Shown here: positions 1 to 11,837 of the stretch, in pieces
Layout of the letters: each line of letters begins with the position of its first letter
Position numbering within the stretch: the stretch's first letter is position 1
Assembly (NCBI GenBank): GCA_951406725.2
Contig: OX597823.1
Span: 101,556,001 to 101,620,000 of the forward strand
Origin: Octopus vulgaris
Lineage: Eukaryota
DNA length: 64,000 nucleotides
Direction of reading: 5' to 3'
Position numbers and translations under genes: made by a program
The notes under the pieces: generated by a model
Told to the model about the DNA's origin: nothing
What the model saw: only the letters and a program-made list of their open reading frames with translations
Database searches by the model: none

Positions 1-150
1 TGAGACTTCATTGGGCCCAAAAGTACATGACGTTTGACATGAGTTGTGTTCTGTTCACTGACGAAACCAGGGCGACCCTCGGCGAACCTGATTGTTGGGC
101 AAATAGTTGAGTCTGTTTTGGAGATGAGCGTCGCCAACGTGAAGTGAAAT
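1..150 (+). pseudogene. Tc1-like (probably DD37E/TRT-type) transposase fragment
   Basis: Frame from 12 reads WAQKYMTFDMSCVLFTDETRATLGEPDCWANS*, matching the first catalytic-Asp motif (VLFTDE.RATLDGPDGW) of Tc1-family transposases; in-frame stop; runs off the window start. Confidence 0.6.
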
Positions 151-264
151 AACACGATAGAGATGGAATCAAACGTGACCTACAATGCACTTTTATATAC
201 CTTAGGGGCCTACCAAAAATCACTATTGATTTTTAACACTGAAACAAGATTTCAAATGACGTTG

Positions 265-430
265 TAGGGTGAATATAATTGTACTTGACTGGCACATTAC
301 TTTATAGATCCCGGAAGGAAAAAACAAATGGAAAGTTGATCTAAACATGATTTGAACTCAGAATGTACAGTGTATGTAACTAAATATCAATATGTGTTTT
401 TAGCGATGTTATATAAGCCATTCTGCTAAC
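265..430 (-). mobile_element. Degenerate Nin/Deu-domain SINE
   Basis: Reverse strand shows ttctgagttcaaatc...ccttccgggatctataaagtaatgtgccagtcaagtac, similar to the body of the SINE at 24134-24360. Confidence 0.4.
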
Positions 431-654
431 CCAATGTTGCATGCACGACATTTACATAGCATTATGATAAAAACAAAATGTCTACTAATTATTTATCCCG
501 GCGGCCAATCAAATCCCACACACGCTCTCCATTTTTCTCTTTCTAACTCTCTTCCATTCTTCCCCGCTTTCTCCCTTTTTTCTGTCACTTTTTTCTCTCT
601 TACGTCAATGTCTTTTTGTCTTGTTCCTCTTTCCATGCCTTTAAAGCTATTAAC

Positions 655-704
655 AGCAGTAACAACAACATTGTGATCCAGGTAGCAGCAGCAGCAGCAG
701 TAGT

Positions 705-754
<50 letters not shown>

Positions 755-1171
755 CAGCAGCAACAGCTACAGCAGCAGTATTAGCAACAGCATGAGTAGT
801 AGCAACAATAACAGCAGCATGAGTTGTAGTAGAAGTAGTAGTAGTAGTAGTAGTAGGAGGAGGAGGAGGAGGAGGTAGCGGTTGTGGTGGCTGGCGGGGA
901 GAAACAGCAACCAGCAGCATGTGCAGCTGCAGTAACAGCAACGTTTGCAGCAACCGTGACAAATGCAGCCGCAAAGCCAACAGTGAAAGATACCTCAGCA
1001 GCAGCAGCTACATCAGAGACAGTCAAACAACTCAGTATTGAGTAGCAATAACAGTGATTATTACAACAGTAGTAGTAGTAGTAGTAGTAGTAAGAGCAGC
1101 AGCAGTAGAGTAGTAGTAGTAGTAGTAGTAAGAGCAGCAGCAGTAGAGTAGTAGTAGTAGTAGTAGTAGAG

Positions 1172-1229
<58 letters not shown>

Positions 1230-1270
1230 ATAGTAGTAGTAGTAATAGTAGTAGTAGTAGCAGTAGTTGT
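655..1270. repeat. Compound (CAG)n/(TAG)n/(GAG)n trinucleotide microsatellite
   Basis: Seen directly; explains the low-complexity ORFs in the track. Confidence 0.9.
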
Positions 1271-2429
1271 GGTAAAATCAGGAACAATATAGTGGTGGTA
1301 ACATGTAATGGCGGCGGCTGCAGTGGCGGTAGCGTTAGGGGAGGAGTAGAATGAATGATGCTGTGGTGGGGTTGGCAGTGGTGTTGTGGAAAGTACAATG
1401 AATTACTGGATGAAAGAGGAGAATGTGGTAGTCATTATATTGACATCACTTTCAATAAAATATATAATACACAGATCAACAACACCAGACACACAAACTC
1501 ATACACATTGAAAGAAAAAAAATTGTTATATTTAAACATTCATATAACATACACGTATATATTTGATTGAAACTTTATGGAAAATGATGGAATATTTCAA
1601 ATCTATCAATTCATTATTTCATTTTACTTTTCTTTTAATGTTTTCTCCATTTATTTATTTCCATCGTTTCCTTGGGTTTCTTTTTATTTTCTTTCCCAAG
1701 CTATTTTCTTAATATTCATATCGTAATAGAGGAAGAGTGTTTTTAGACCGCAAGCTATTGAACAGAAGCGAGATAGTTGGACATGATCAAGTGATTTTGA
1801 GGCAGTTTTCGCGTTGTGTCATTTCTCATGTCAAAATCACCCGTGTTATGAAACCGAGGTAGGAAAATGTTGAGGCTATGAATACAAAGAGAATCAAACT
1901 TGAATGGTTCATAATATGGCTGAAAGAAACAATTTGTGTATGTGCAGGCGACTGTGTGAGTGTGTGTCTGTATGTGTGTGTGAAGGTGCATGTGCAGGTG
2001 AGTGTGTTTGTGTCTGTGTCTGTGTGTATTTGTATGTGTGTCTTGTGTATGTGTGATTGTAATGTGTGTGTGTGTGTATGTTGTATGAGCGAAGGTGTGT
2101 ATATGTGCACGCTCGAACATGCAACCAGACATGCTTTCTCCCACACACATACACACGAACACAAACATATTCACACAGTTGTATACACATATACACTTAC
2201 ACACATGATCTCACACGCATACACCACTGGCAAAGACATTTACATGCATTATCTATATGAAAGAAAAGCATACAAGGAAGAAAGAAAGAAAGAAACGAAA
2301 CGAAAGAAACGAAAGGGAGCAAACAAGAAAAGGGAAAACGAAAGGATCGAAGAGAAAAAACAGATGAGACACTACTATTTTGTTCATTATGTTATATTAT
2401 GTATTATATGTATTACATCATATATATTA

Positions 2430-2552
2430 TATCATCCTCTCCAGATCGATAAAATAAAGTACCAGCCTAATAGTCGGGTCAATATAATTGATTGTTGCTT
2501 CCTCCCCATCGAAAGATTTCTGGTCTTGTACATGTGTAAGAAATTATTATAA
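2430..2552 (+). mobile_element. Nin-domain SINE, 3' part
   Basis: gatcgataaaataaagtaccag...gggtcaatataattga followed by tail atttctggtcttgtac...gaaattatt, as in the 60140-60340 copy. Confidence 0.5.
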
Positions 2553-2645
2553 TACTACAACAGTTGGAAAACTTCGGCTCGTGAACCACATGTTCCTCTC
2601 GAAGTTGCTATGGCTGACAGAAACAATTTCTCTATGTGCGAGCGG

Positions 2646-2713
<68 letters not shown>

Positions 2714-4204
2714 ATGAGTGTTGTATGGGTGTTTTGTGATTATGTGATTGTATTGTGCGTGCGTATATTGTGTAAGTTTTTGGGTGCTATTTTTTCTGAA
2801 ACATCATATTCTAGAGATACAAGGGCGAAGGAAACTAAGAAACAATTTATGATGTAAGAGGGCAGGTTTAAGAAGCTAAAGAAAGCAATGCTATAAATTT
2901 TGTCTGATTCATATTCTCATTGATAGCATCAGCGATGGATATGCAGTTAGTATAACGTTTGCATTAGATACAACTTCAATGAAAAAGAATTTATTGAACT
3001 GCAGGAGGATGAGTTTGAATCTAGTGCTGAGATTTGGTAACAAATCCTAGAAGCAAATACGCCTAATCTACGGAAACATCCGATACATCTCTGTTTCGGG
3101 GATTACGAATTAGTGTAAATCTCTGTGATGAAATTTGTCAGATTAAAACATCGCACTATCCTTTGAAATATCTACGCCATTTTAGCATTTTACCAGATGG
3201 ATTTTAAAGTATTAGCTAAAAAAAAATTAAGACTCTTCAACAAGTAGAGATTAATCAATTTTCATTGGTGAGTATAACTAAGTTGTTGAATTTTTAAATA
3301 TCTGTAATTTAAAGAAAAAAAAAATTATTTTATACCTCATTTATGTAGAAAAGTCAAATCACATATGTCTCATTTTCTGAAGCAACATGCCATGAAGGCC
3401 CGTTACGCAGAGATAAACACAAAGGTGCGTTCCCCATCCACAAACATGTATACTTATATACATATAAACACACATACATACAAACACACATACATTTATA
3501 ATATATTAAAAATGAACTTCAATCTTTTCTATCTTGCTTGCTTGCAATGTTACACAGCCAAACTGGCGCATAATAGGAAAATACTATGAATTAAGATTCT
3601 CCTGAAATGTGAATACAAATGGAATAAAACAAGTTTCGTGTAAATCGGACAACTGGTTCTTGAGGTATTAGGGGCTTTGGGGGTATAAATGCCCAAAACG
3701 GTACATAATGGGAAAATACTCCGAAAATAACTTAATCCTGAAAAGGGAGAAACTCTAACCATTCGATTAGACATATTAGTGGCTTTAACTTGCCAACGAA
3801 AATATGCGAGTTGTTTTTTACAGTAAATGTTTTTATTTTCACTTTTGCTAAACACAATATTTTAATCATTTAGAAATATTTTTAAGTGAATGTGATTTCA
3901 AAAATGTAAGTTATTTGAACAGTAAGTATTTATATTTTAGCTTTCTTTAAACAGACAATATTTTAATGTTTTTTTAAAATTATTTGAATTCCATTACGAT
4001 TTTTTTTTTTTGGCATATATAAAAAATATTCTAGAGTGAAAATTACTTTAAAAATACGTAGAACAGGAGACAAGAAAAGGACAGATAAAAAGTCAGAATG
4101 AAGAAAGAAGTAGAGTTTTAGGGAGGGAAAAAGAGAGAAAGAGAGTGGGAGGAAGGCAAAAGTGGGGCCAAGAAAGAGACAGAAATAGACGTCACACAAA
4201 AAGT

Positions 4205-4482
4205 ATTTTATAAATGAGTACGAAAAATTAAAAAAGATCAAAGATCCTTTACGAGCCATGCGCTTATAAGGCCGGTTATTCTGGATTCTGTGATGTATAT
4301 ATTCCTCAATTGGTTGGGACGCCGATCCGTTGCAGGATTGCCCCTTTTTGCTAGCTGAGTGGAACACAGTAACGTGAAATGGAGTGTTTTTCTCAAGAGC
4401 ACGACACATCATCCGGTCCAAATATCGAAAAAACAATTTTATCATCATCAGTTCAACACCCTAGCCACTTAGCCACGAACCT
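4205..4482 (-). mobile_element. Degenerate tRNA-derived SINE
   Basis: Reverse strand begins with A-box-like tggctaagtgg, then gtgtcgtgctcttgagaaaaacactccatttcacgttactgtgttccactcagc, similar to the 57975-58255 copy. Confidence 0.45.
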
Positions 4483-4581
4483 CAACATGCATGTGAGTGT
4501 GTTTACGTGTGCGCGCGTGTGTGTGTATGCATGTGTATATATATGCGTGCGTGCATTTGTGTGCATGTATGTTCATGTATG

Positions 4582-4614
<33 letters not shown>

Positions 4615-5046
4615 ATGTGTTTATGAATATATATATATATTTCAATGCATGGCCTTGTGTCAATGTGAGAAATCAATATAGATATTTTGGAAATAGTCGC
4701 AGCCTTGAGATATAAAAATTTACTTGAAATATGAAAATATTGGAATCACTCCAAAGCACAGAAATACCCGATATTACTCTACTCTGTAGTACTCCACATC
4801 ACTGAAGTCTATCACACCACATGATATCTATAAATTATATTACTACAGTTCATTCTAGTACTTCATACACAAGTATGTTATATCATAAAATGCTACACAT
4901 ACATGGAAAAAATCTATATATAACATTTCGTTAATATTTCGTCTATCCATCGCTCTCTCACTCTCATTCTCTACTCTTTCCCCTGTCTCTGATACATAAA
5001 AACACTCTATACAACTTGCAACTGTCAGTCTGTCCGGCTCTCTGTC

Positions 5047-5095
<49 letters not shown>

Positions 5096-5426
5096 TGTAC
5101 ATTCAAACACATACGAAGTATCCATCATAGGATTCCTTGCACGCTAGAAAAAACAGTTAAATTCCAAACCACTATTAGGGATAAAATTTCGAAGGGAATG
5201 AAAAATAAAAACATTTACTATCTAACTCCTGGACCAATGGTTTCAGATTTTTTAGCAAATAAAATAATTTGCTAGGCGAAGTCTTCTCCAGCAGGTACAC
5301 CTTAGATTAAATATATATATACGAGGCAACACAATATATGCCCCGTGTTTATACATTCTAGTTATTCAAATCTACCGCGCAAGCGCAGCTCCTTGTCGGC
5401 AGTAAATAAAAGATATAGTCTATTGA

Positions 5427-5492
<66 letters not shown>

Positions 5493-5740
5493 TGACTGAT
5501 CATTTACAACTTGCATGATGTTTAATCTGGAGATCACCACAGCTACATGAAGATTGTTCAGAGTATAAATGTTAACTTCCATTTTATACCCTGAACAATC
5601 TAAATACAGCTGTGCCGTTCTGTAACTTCAACAACTTTCATGTCGTAAGTAATCTCCAAAATATTAATAGTGCTCTCTACCGCTAAAAGCATGGTGTACG
5701 CTTTGATGGTATGCCTTAGCTTTATGACTAAGCATGCCTG

Positions 5741-5777
<37 letters not shown>

Positions 5778-6365
5778 GGTAGGTAGGTAGGGAGGGAGAG
5801 GAAGCTCGAGAAAGAAAGAGAAGGAGAGAGAGAAATCGGAAGAGTGAGAACAATTTATATATATTTGACAATAACAGCTTTGGCTATGTAAAAATTTAAT
5901 GTTCCTTCTTTGTTTTAAGAAAGACATAGAAAGTATTTCTCTTATGTTTCGCAAGATTTTTGACATAAAATCGTAAGTTGAAGCAGAAGTTGTCACTCAA
6001 TGGGAGGTTCATATTTACCAATAAAATCATACGCGAGTTATATATTAGAATAGATAAGAGTAAATGAAGCTACAGTTCGTGACAAAAGACTTTGACTAAC
6101 CAACGGATTGGTTTTTTGGTCAAGCGAGGAATGAAAAGATTAATTAATTAATTAGTTGTCTAATTAAGTAAGAATTTAAAACAATTGAAATATAACTGAT
6201 ATTCGTGTTTTCATTGACAAAATGAGCCTTCCAAAATATGGTGATGTAATATTTATCCCCACTTAAACGGCAGTGTTCTATTAGAAAAACTTTACTACGG
6301 TAGTTGCCATCAGAAAGACTCTTACATTGGCTTTTTAGTGCAAAATGTACTCCGCTACCTCCAAC

Positions 6366-6425
6366 GCCATGACCACCTGATCCCGTGATTTCGACCTTGT
6401 TTGGTCTTGTCAATGGTGGACATCC
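6366..6425 (-). ncRNA. Type I hammerhead ribozyme motif (U3-A8 variant)
   Basis: Minus strand: ATG T CCACC A-TTGACAA-GACC aaacaa GGTC-GAA-ATC acgg GAT-C-A GGTGG T CAT; all three stems form, but the stem I closing pair is an A.A mismatch. Confidence 0.5.
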
Positions 6426-7817
6426 GACCGTTAGAGACAGCAACGATTCATCTCCCCGCCAGTAATATATCGCTTGACAGTGCCAGAAGAGGCGCATGTA
6501 TCGCGATTAGGCAGTTAGCTTATTGAAAAATATATATTAGCAGCGACAGAACATCCACGTTTAAGCGGAGATAAATATTATCTCTCTGTATTAATGCTGC
6601 CTCCGTCGCTAATATATTGTTCTTCCAAAATATAGAAACTCCAGAAAAGTTGAGAGAGAACAAGAAATTATTGCAATAATAACGATCTCAGCCTGAATAA
6701 CTGCTGTTCTTCCCGGTAGAAATTAAATATATACATCTTCATTATTTCATCATTGTACTGATAATTTCATTATCAACTCTTTTTAAATTTGAGAGTCAAA
6801 CGTTTGGTATATTTGAAAGCTACTACATATCAAATATATAGCGAAATTTACCATATTATTTCACGACACAGCAGATAGATAATCTATAATATGTTAGAAA
6901 ATTTGACCCTTCCGTGAAAATTCTATCCATTCTAAACAAACATTTTACGTAATGTGTTTTAAACTTACAAATCATACTTTGATCAAATGGCTGACCAAGC
7001 AGTGTAGTATTTAATCTTAAGAAAAGAAATTTAACAGTCTAGTATTCTACATCTCATGGATGTGACTGAGCTTCCTCTGTTAGTAAAAAAAATTGAAATT
7101 AATGTTATTCTCTCTTGTAAAAAATTCAGTCTTAAGAATAAATTTGTGATAAAACTACTTTTGAAATTGTCATTAAAGTGTTGATATTTTTTTCTTGCAA
7201 ATCAGTGAATCAGGAGCGTATTCTTCTTCAATTCATTTATTGCATGGGAATTAAAAACCCTATTAATTAAAAAATGGTTTCATTAAACATTCACCTAATG
7301 CATTACAGTATCATAATAATGTGATTCAGTCTTTTGATGTTTTGAGTTTGCTGACAGCTTTATTTTATATTATTATTTTACTTATTATTATTTTACTTTT
7401 TTCATCCCCGAATCAAGTCTCTTTGGCATATATTATTTTAGAAAGGACAGGTATAACCAGTTTTAAGTATCTGTTAAAAAAATTTGAATTTTCTTCAATT
7501 CATTCAACTTACCTTGGCACAAATTCTTCAGCTCTTTTCTTATTGCTTGATATACTTTCACCATGAAATGTGTCTTTATGCAGGTTGCTTCGATTTAAAT
7601 ATTTCTCAAGCCATCTGAAAATCGGAGTATAACAGAACTTTTTCTATTGCTTCCGTAAAGCAAATAGTATCAGATATAAAACTCAACACGTAGTGTGGGG
7701 GAGATAAGATATTTTATTATATTAAATTTAGATATTCTACTCTGAGTTTCGCCCCAAGCTCTGCTGTTCGCGACTATCATATATACATGTGTGAGTGTAT
7801 ATATATAGAGATAGATA

Positions 7818-7982
7818 AGTTTCTTTATTGGCCACACAGGGCTGCACACAGATGGGACAAGTTACAAGGTAGAGCTTTTCTTTTGGGGGATGAAAAAAAA
7901 CAAAAACAAAAGAAAAAAAAACAAAAAAGGGGTGGCGTAGGTTTTCGATCAAGAGGGATCGTAAAAGGGAAGAAAAGAACAA
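7818..7982 (-). mobile_element. Tx1-like LINE, 3'UTR-only copy (heavily 5'-truncated)
   Basis: Nearly identical to 26568-26731 (3' end of copy B); flanked by GATA repeats on both sides. Confidence 0.85.
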
Positions 7983-7989
7983 TAGATAA

Positions 7990-8036
<47 letters not shown>

Positions 8037-8198
8037 CATACATACATACATACATACATACATACATACATACATAGACACACATATTAGGCAAAATGTA
8101 AAATAGGATACAACACGAGTGAGATAAGTTTTAAACAGATGTTGAATTAGCTTAAAGAGACATGCACATCTATATGCACGAATGTACGCATACAGACA

Positions 8199-8251
<53 letters not shown>

Positions 8252-8631
8252 ACACATACCCAATGCAAAGACATACAAAACACTGACACGTGTACTTGCA
8301 CATTTACTTCAGTATTCATGGTAATAATATCTGCCTCTACACATTTTTCTACACGGTCATGTGTGCACGTAAGGTTATATATACTGAATTCCTTAAAATG
8401 CCCTTAAGGAAATTCAACAAAACGTGTTTCTCGTGCGATTTCCATTCTGCTCGCTATCATGCACCTCAGAATTTCTTTGTATGTGTGTGTGTGTGTGTGC
8501 GTTTGTGTGTGTGTGTATGTGCGCGTATGATTACGTATTCTTGTGTATATATATGCATGAGCATTTTTACGCATATGTCTAAATGCGAATGAATGTGTTT
8601 GTGTTTGTGCATGCGTATGTGCGCGTGCAAA

Positions 8632-8667
<36 letters not shown>

Positions 8668-8928
8668 GCACATACATATATATGTATATACATACATGCA
8701 TACATACATCATACATGCATATATATATATGCATGCATGTGCGTGTGTGTGTGTGTATTATAGATATATGCGTTTTGCGCACGTGACATTTTGACCTCTG
8801 TGTGTGTGCTTGTTGATTCAACATGTACATTTACTCTGTCTTTGCATGTGTATGTGTGTCATGTATGCATGTATGTATGTATATATGTATAATGTATGCA
8901 TGTGTGTACATATGTATGTAAATATATA

Positions 8929-8960
<32 letters not shown>

Positions 8961-9559
8961 CGTATGTATGTATGTATGTATGTATGTATGTATGTATGTA
9001 TGTATGTATGTATGTATATATATACACACACATACACACACACGTGTTCTATTCTTCCTGTACTTATGGCAGACATTGTTATCATTATTGAATGCGTGTG
9101 TGGTTGTTAACTGGAAACAGCGACAAGTTAGATCGTTAGAAATATCACGATACATTGAAGAGGCCGTCCATATGATCAGTTGAAATGTTAGATATAGCAG
9201 TAAAATTTTCGTTACATCACACCTTATCGTCTTTAAAAAATGATATCCAGGACTACATATATGATGTAATAACATCTACATGATACTTGGAAAATGACGA
9301 AGGGTTGGTCATTAATGACATGGTTTTGACAGTAGATCTCTTCATTCAAAATTGACCTGGAATTAAAAAGCAGGAGTAACAACAACACTAACAACAATAG
9401 ATAAAGGCAATAGGCTTGCACCTTGCCATCCAACAGTTAGGCACCTTAGGCTAGAAATAGTTATCAAATTCCCTCATCACACTCGAATCTATTTGAAAAG
9501 GAAGTACACAATAAATAAATATTGTAGCGTTAGATATGCAAAAAGACGAATCGCCTTTC

Positions 9560-10446
9560 GCCACCGATCCGGCCTAAATTTGATGATTTTTTTTTATGCC
9601 TCCTTCTTTCAAAACAGCTTAACGTAATGGTGAACAGTCAACGGCGTTGGAGAAGATAAAGATTAAGATTATAATTCAGAAGAGGTTAGCTAACGTGGAG
9701 GACGGAAAGCCATCCGAATACTGGAAAAGAATTGCATGTATCATGATTCTGGCCGGTTATTAAAATGCCGACTTCATGAATGCTGTTCAATGCTCTGTGG
9801 ACACTGTAACGACTATGAAACATTATATGGACAGCTGCAACGGAGACTATGAAGCCGTGGCCAGCAGGACATTCTGACTGCGTTCACACGCCGAAATTCA
9901 TCATCATCTCTTTGGAAAGGCCTTAAGCTCAATTCAGATGGCTATGTGATACTACTGGAGACTGTGGCTGGTTAATTTCTGGCTGGAGAAAGTTGATACT
10001 GGACGCCCATATGTGTGGCAGCAGGATTCGGTTCCTTACCATACATCTGGAAAGTTTCAGAAGTGATTACCGGAGAATTTCTACGACTTCGCCGCCTCAA
10101 TTTCTGGCCTCTTAATTCCCCCGACTTTAATTCTATGGATTACTGAGTGGAGTGCGGATGAGAAAGACACCAATCACTTTGCCTGCAACACTAAAACCAA
10201 GCTGGTAGTGAAGATCAGAATGGCCCAAGATCTTCTCAGGGAAGGTCTTACACATGCGCCAGGATCCGGAGCCATGTTGAAACCGTTTTGGAAGCTGTAG
10301 GTGACTACTTTGAGTAAACTGTTATCTCCAAGCCATAATCTAGTTAGATACTTTTTGACTTTTTAAAGCATTTCTATTTTTGGATGGCCTGTTTTGTTTT
10401 CTTTTCCTCCTATACAAACTGTCAAAATTAGCCCGAATGCACTGTA
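9560..10446 (+). mobile_element. Degraded, internally deleted maT (DD37D) Tc1/mariner transposon
   Basis: Translation WLEKVDTGRPYVWQQDSVPYHTSGKFQK*LPENFYDF...NFWPLNSPDFNSMDY (about 37 aa between the two Asp); imperfect TIRs tccggcctaaatttga (about 9570) / tcaaaattagcccgaatgcactg-TA (10422-10446). Confidence 0.7.
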
Positions 10447-10778
10447 GTTCATACATACATACGTAAGCCTATATTCATGCATACATTTATGCTTACGTGC
10501 ATTTGTTCATATGTGCATACATGTAGGCATAAATACATAAATTCACTATTAACTGTTAAGATTATCTGCTTAGTAGTATTGTCGTGTCATGAAGATGATG
10601 ACAGATTTATTGATTGTAGTGAACAACGAATGCATTCAAATGAGATATTAGCTCCATTTCTTACTTTTAAAAATATCATTTATTCCACTCAATATATATG
10701 TATATATATACAACTTATAAACAAGGGCAAAAGAAAATTATTTCTATGCCAATATGCTGATAACAGACTTTTAAATCG

Positions 10779-10857
<79 letters not shown>

Positions 10858-10868
10858 GAGAATTTAGC

Positions 10869-10982
10869 ATTTATCACGACAACTGTTTCGACACATCTAG
10901 CATCGATTTCTCATGGGTGGGAAACTCAACAACTGGTCCAGGAGCATCCGGTGGTGCAAATGTATCTCGTCGGGTGATAAAT
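10869..10982 (-). ncRNA. Type I hammerhead ribozyme motif (U4C core mutation)
   Basis: Minus strand: ATTTATCAC-CCGACGA-GATACATTTGCA...TGCTAGATGTGTC-GAA-ACAGTTGT-C-GTGATAAAT. Confidence 0.65.
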
Positions 10983-11075
10983 GAATACAACTCGTTGAAA
11001 TAACAGTTCCGCGATGCAACTTTCTACAAAGCGGGAAGTTACATTGCGGAACAGTTATTTCAACGAGTTGTATTT

Positions 11076-11162
11076 ATTTATCACCTGACGAGATACATCT
11101 GCACCGCTGGATGCCCATGAGAAATCGATGCTAGATTATTCGAAACAGTTGTTGTGATTAAT
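11076..11162 (+). ncRNA. Type I hammerhead ribozyme motif
   Basis: ATTTATCAC-CTGACGA(11085)-GATACATCTGCA...TGCTAGATTATTC-GAA(11142)-ACAGTTGT-T-GTGATTAAT; near-palindromic minimal stem III. Confidence 0.65.
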
Positions 11163-11445
11163 AATAAATTCTCGTATATTTCATCTTTCGTCTTTCGTTT
11201 GCCATATATATATATATATGTGTGTGTGGGTGTGGATGGTGTGATGTGGTGTGGTGTGCATGTGTGTGTGCATATGTGTGGATAGATAAATAGATAAATT
11301 GATATATTGATTGATAGGTAAGTAGGTAGGTATGTACATAAATAGTAAGATTGAAAGTTAAATAGATAGATAGACACGCAGACTGACATATATGCAGGCA
11401 GACAGACAGACAGGCAGATAGATAGATAGATTGATAGATAGATAA

Positions 11446-11536
<91 letters not shown>

Positions 11537-11837
11537 TAGATAGATAGATAGATAACTTTTTATTGTAGCCACACAGGGCTAAACACAGAATAAAAATGGA
11601 CGAAATACAATGTAGAATTTTTTCTTTTCGAGGTGGGATGGGTGGGGCACAAAAAAATGTTTGATCAATAGGGATCTGTGGGTTTTGTGGTGTATAAAAA
11701 AGCAATATATATATATAAGGTTCACAGTTTAGGTGTAGCCTTGGAAAGAAAAACCTACAAAAAAGACCAAGGTCACCTCAGGCAGTTCGAAAATGAACAC
11801 ATGAGTAAGTCGCCTTACTTCTCGTTGTCTCTTTTGG

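Larger units (their letters stand above)
10855..11176. repeat. Long imperfect inverted repeat (arms about 10855-11022 and 11036-11176), probably inverted Penelope-like pseudo-LTR fragments
   Basis: Arms are reverse complements apart from a roughly 24 bp indel; each carries a hammerhead motif. Confidence 0.85.

Noticed and set aside
5538-5614. Long hairpin (CACAGCT...GATTGTTCAG...CTGAACAATC...AGCTGTG)
   Set aside because: No intact ribozyme core, TSD or second copy in the window; cannot be assigned
600-9275. Many ORFs rich in YI, CV, HT, LL or TT (also at 22.5-23.8, 34.4-38.7, 57-58 and 60-61.6 kb)
   Set aside because: They are translations of microsatellites, with no protein-like complexity or splice evidence
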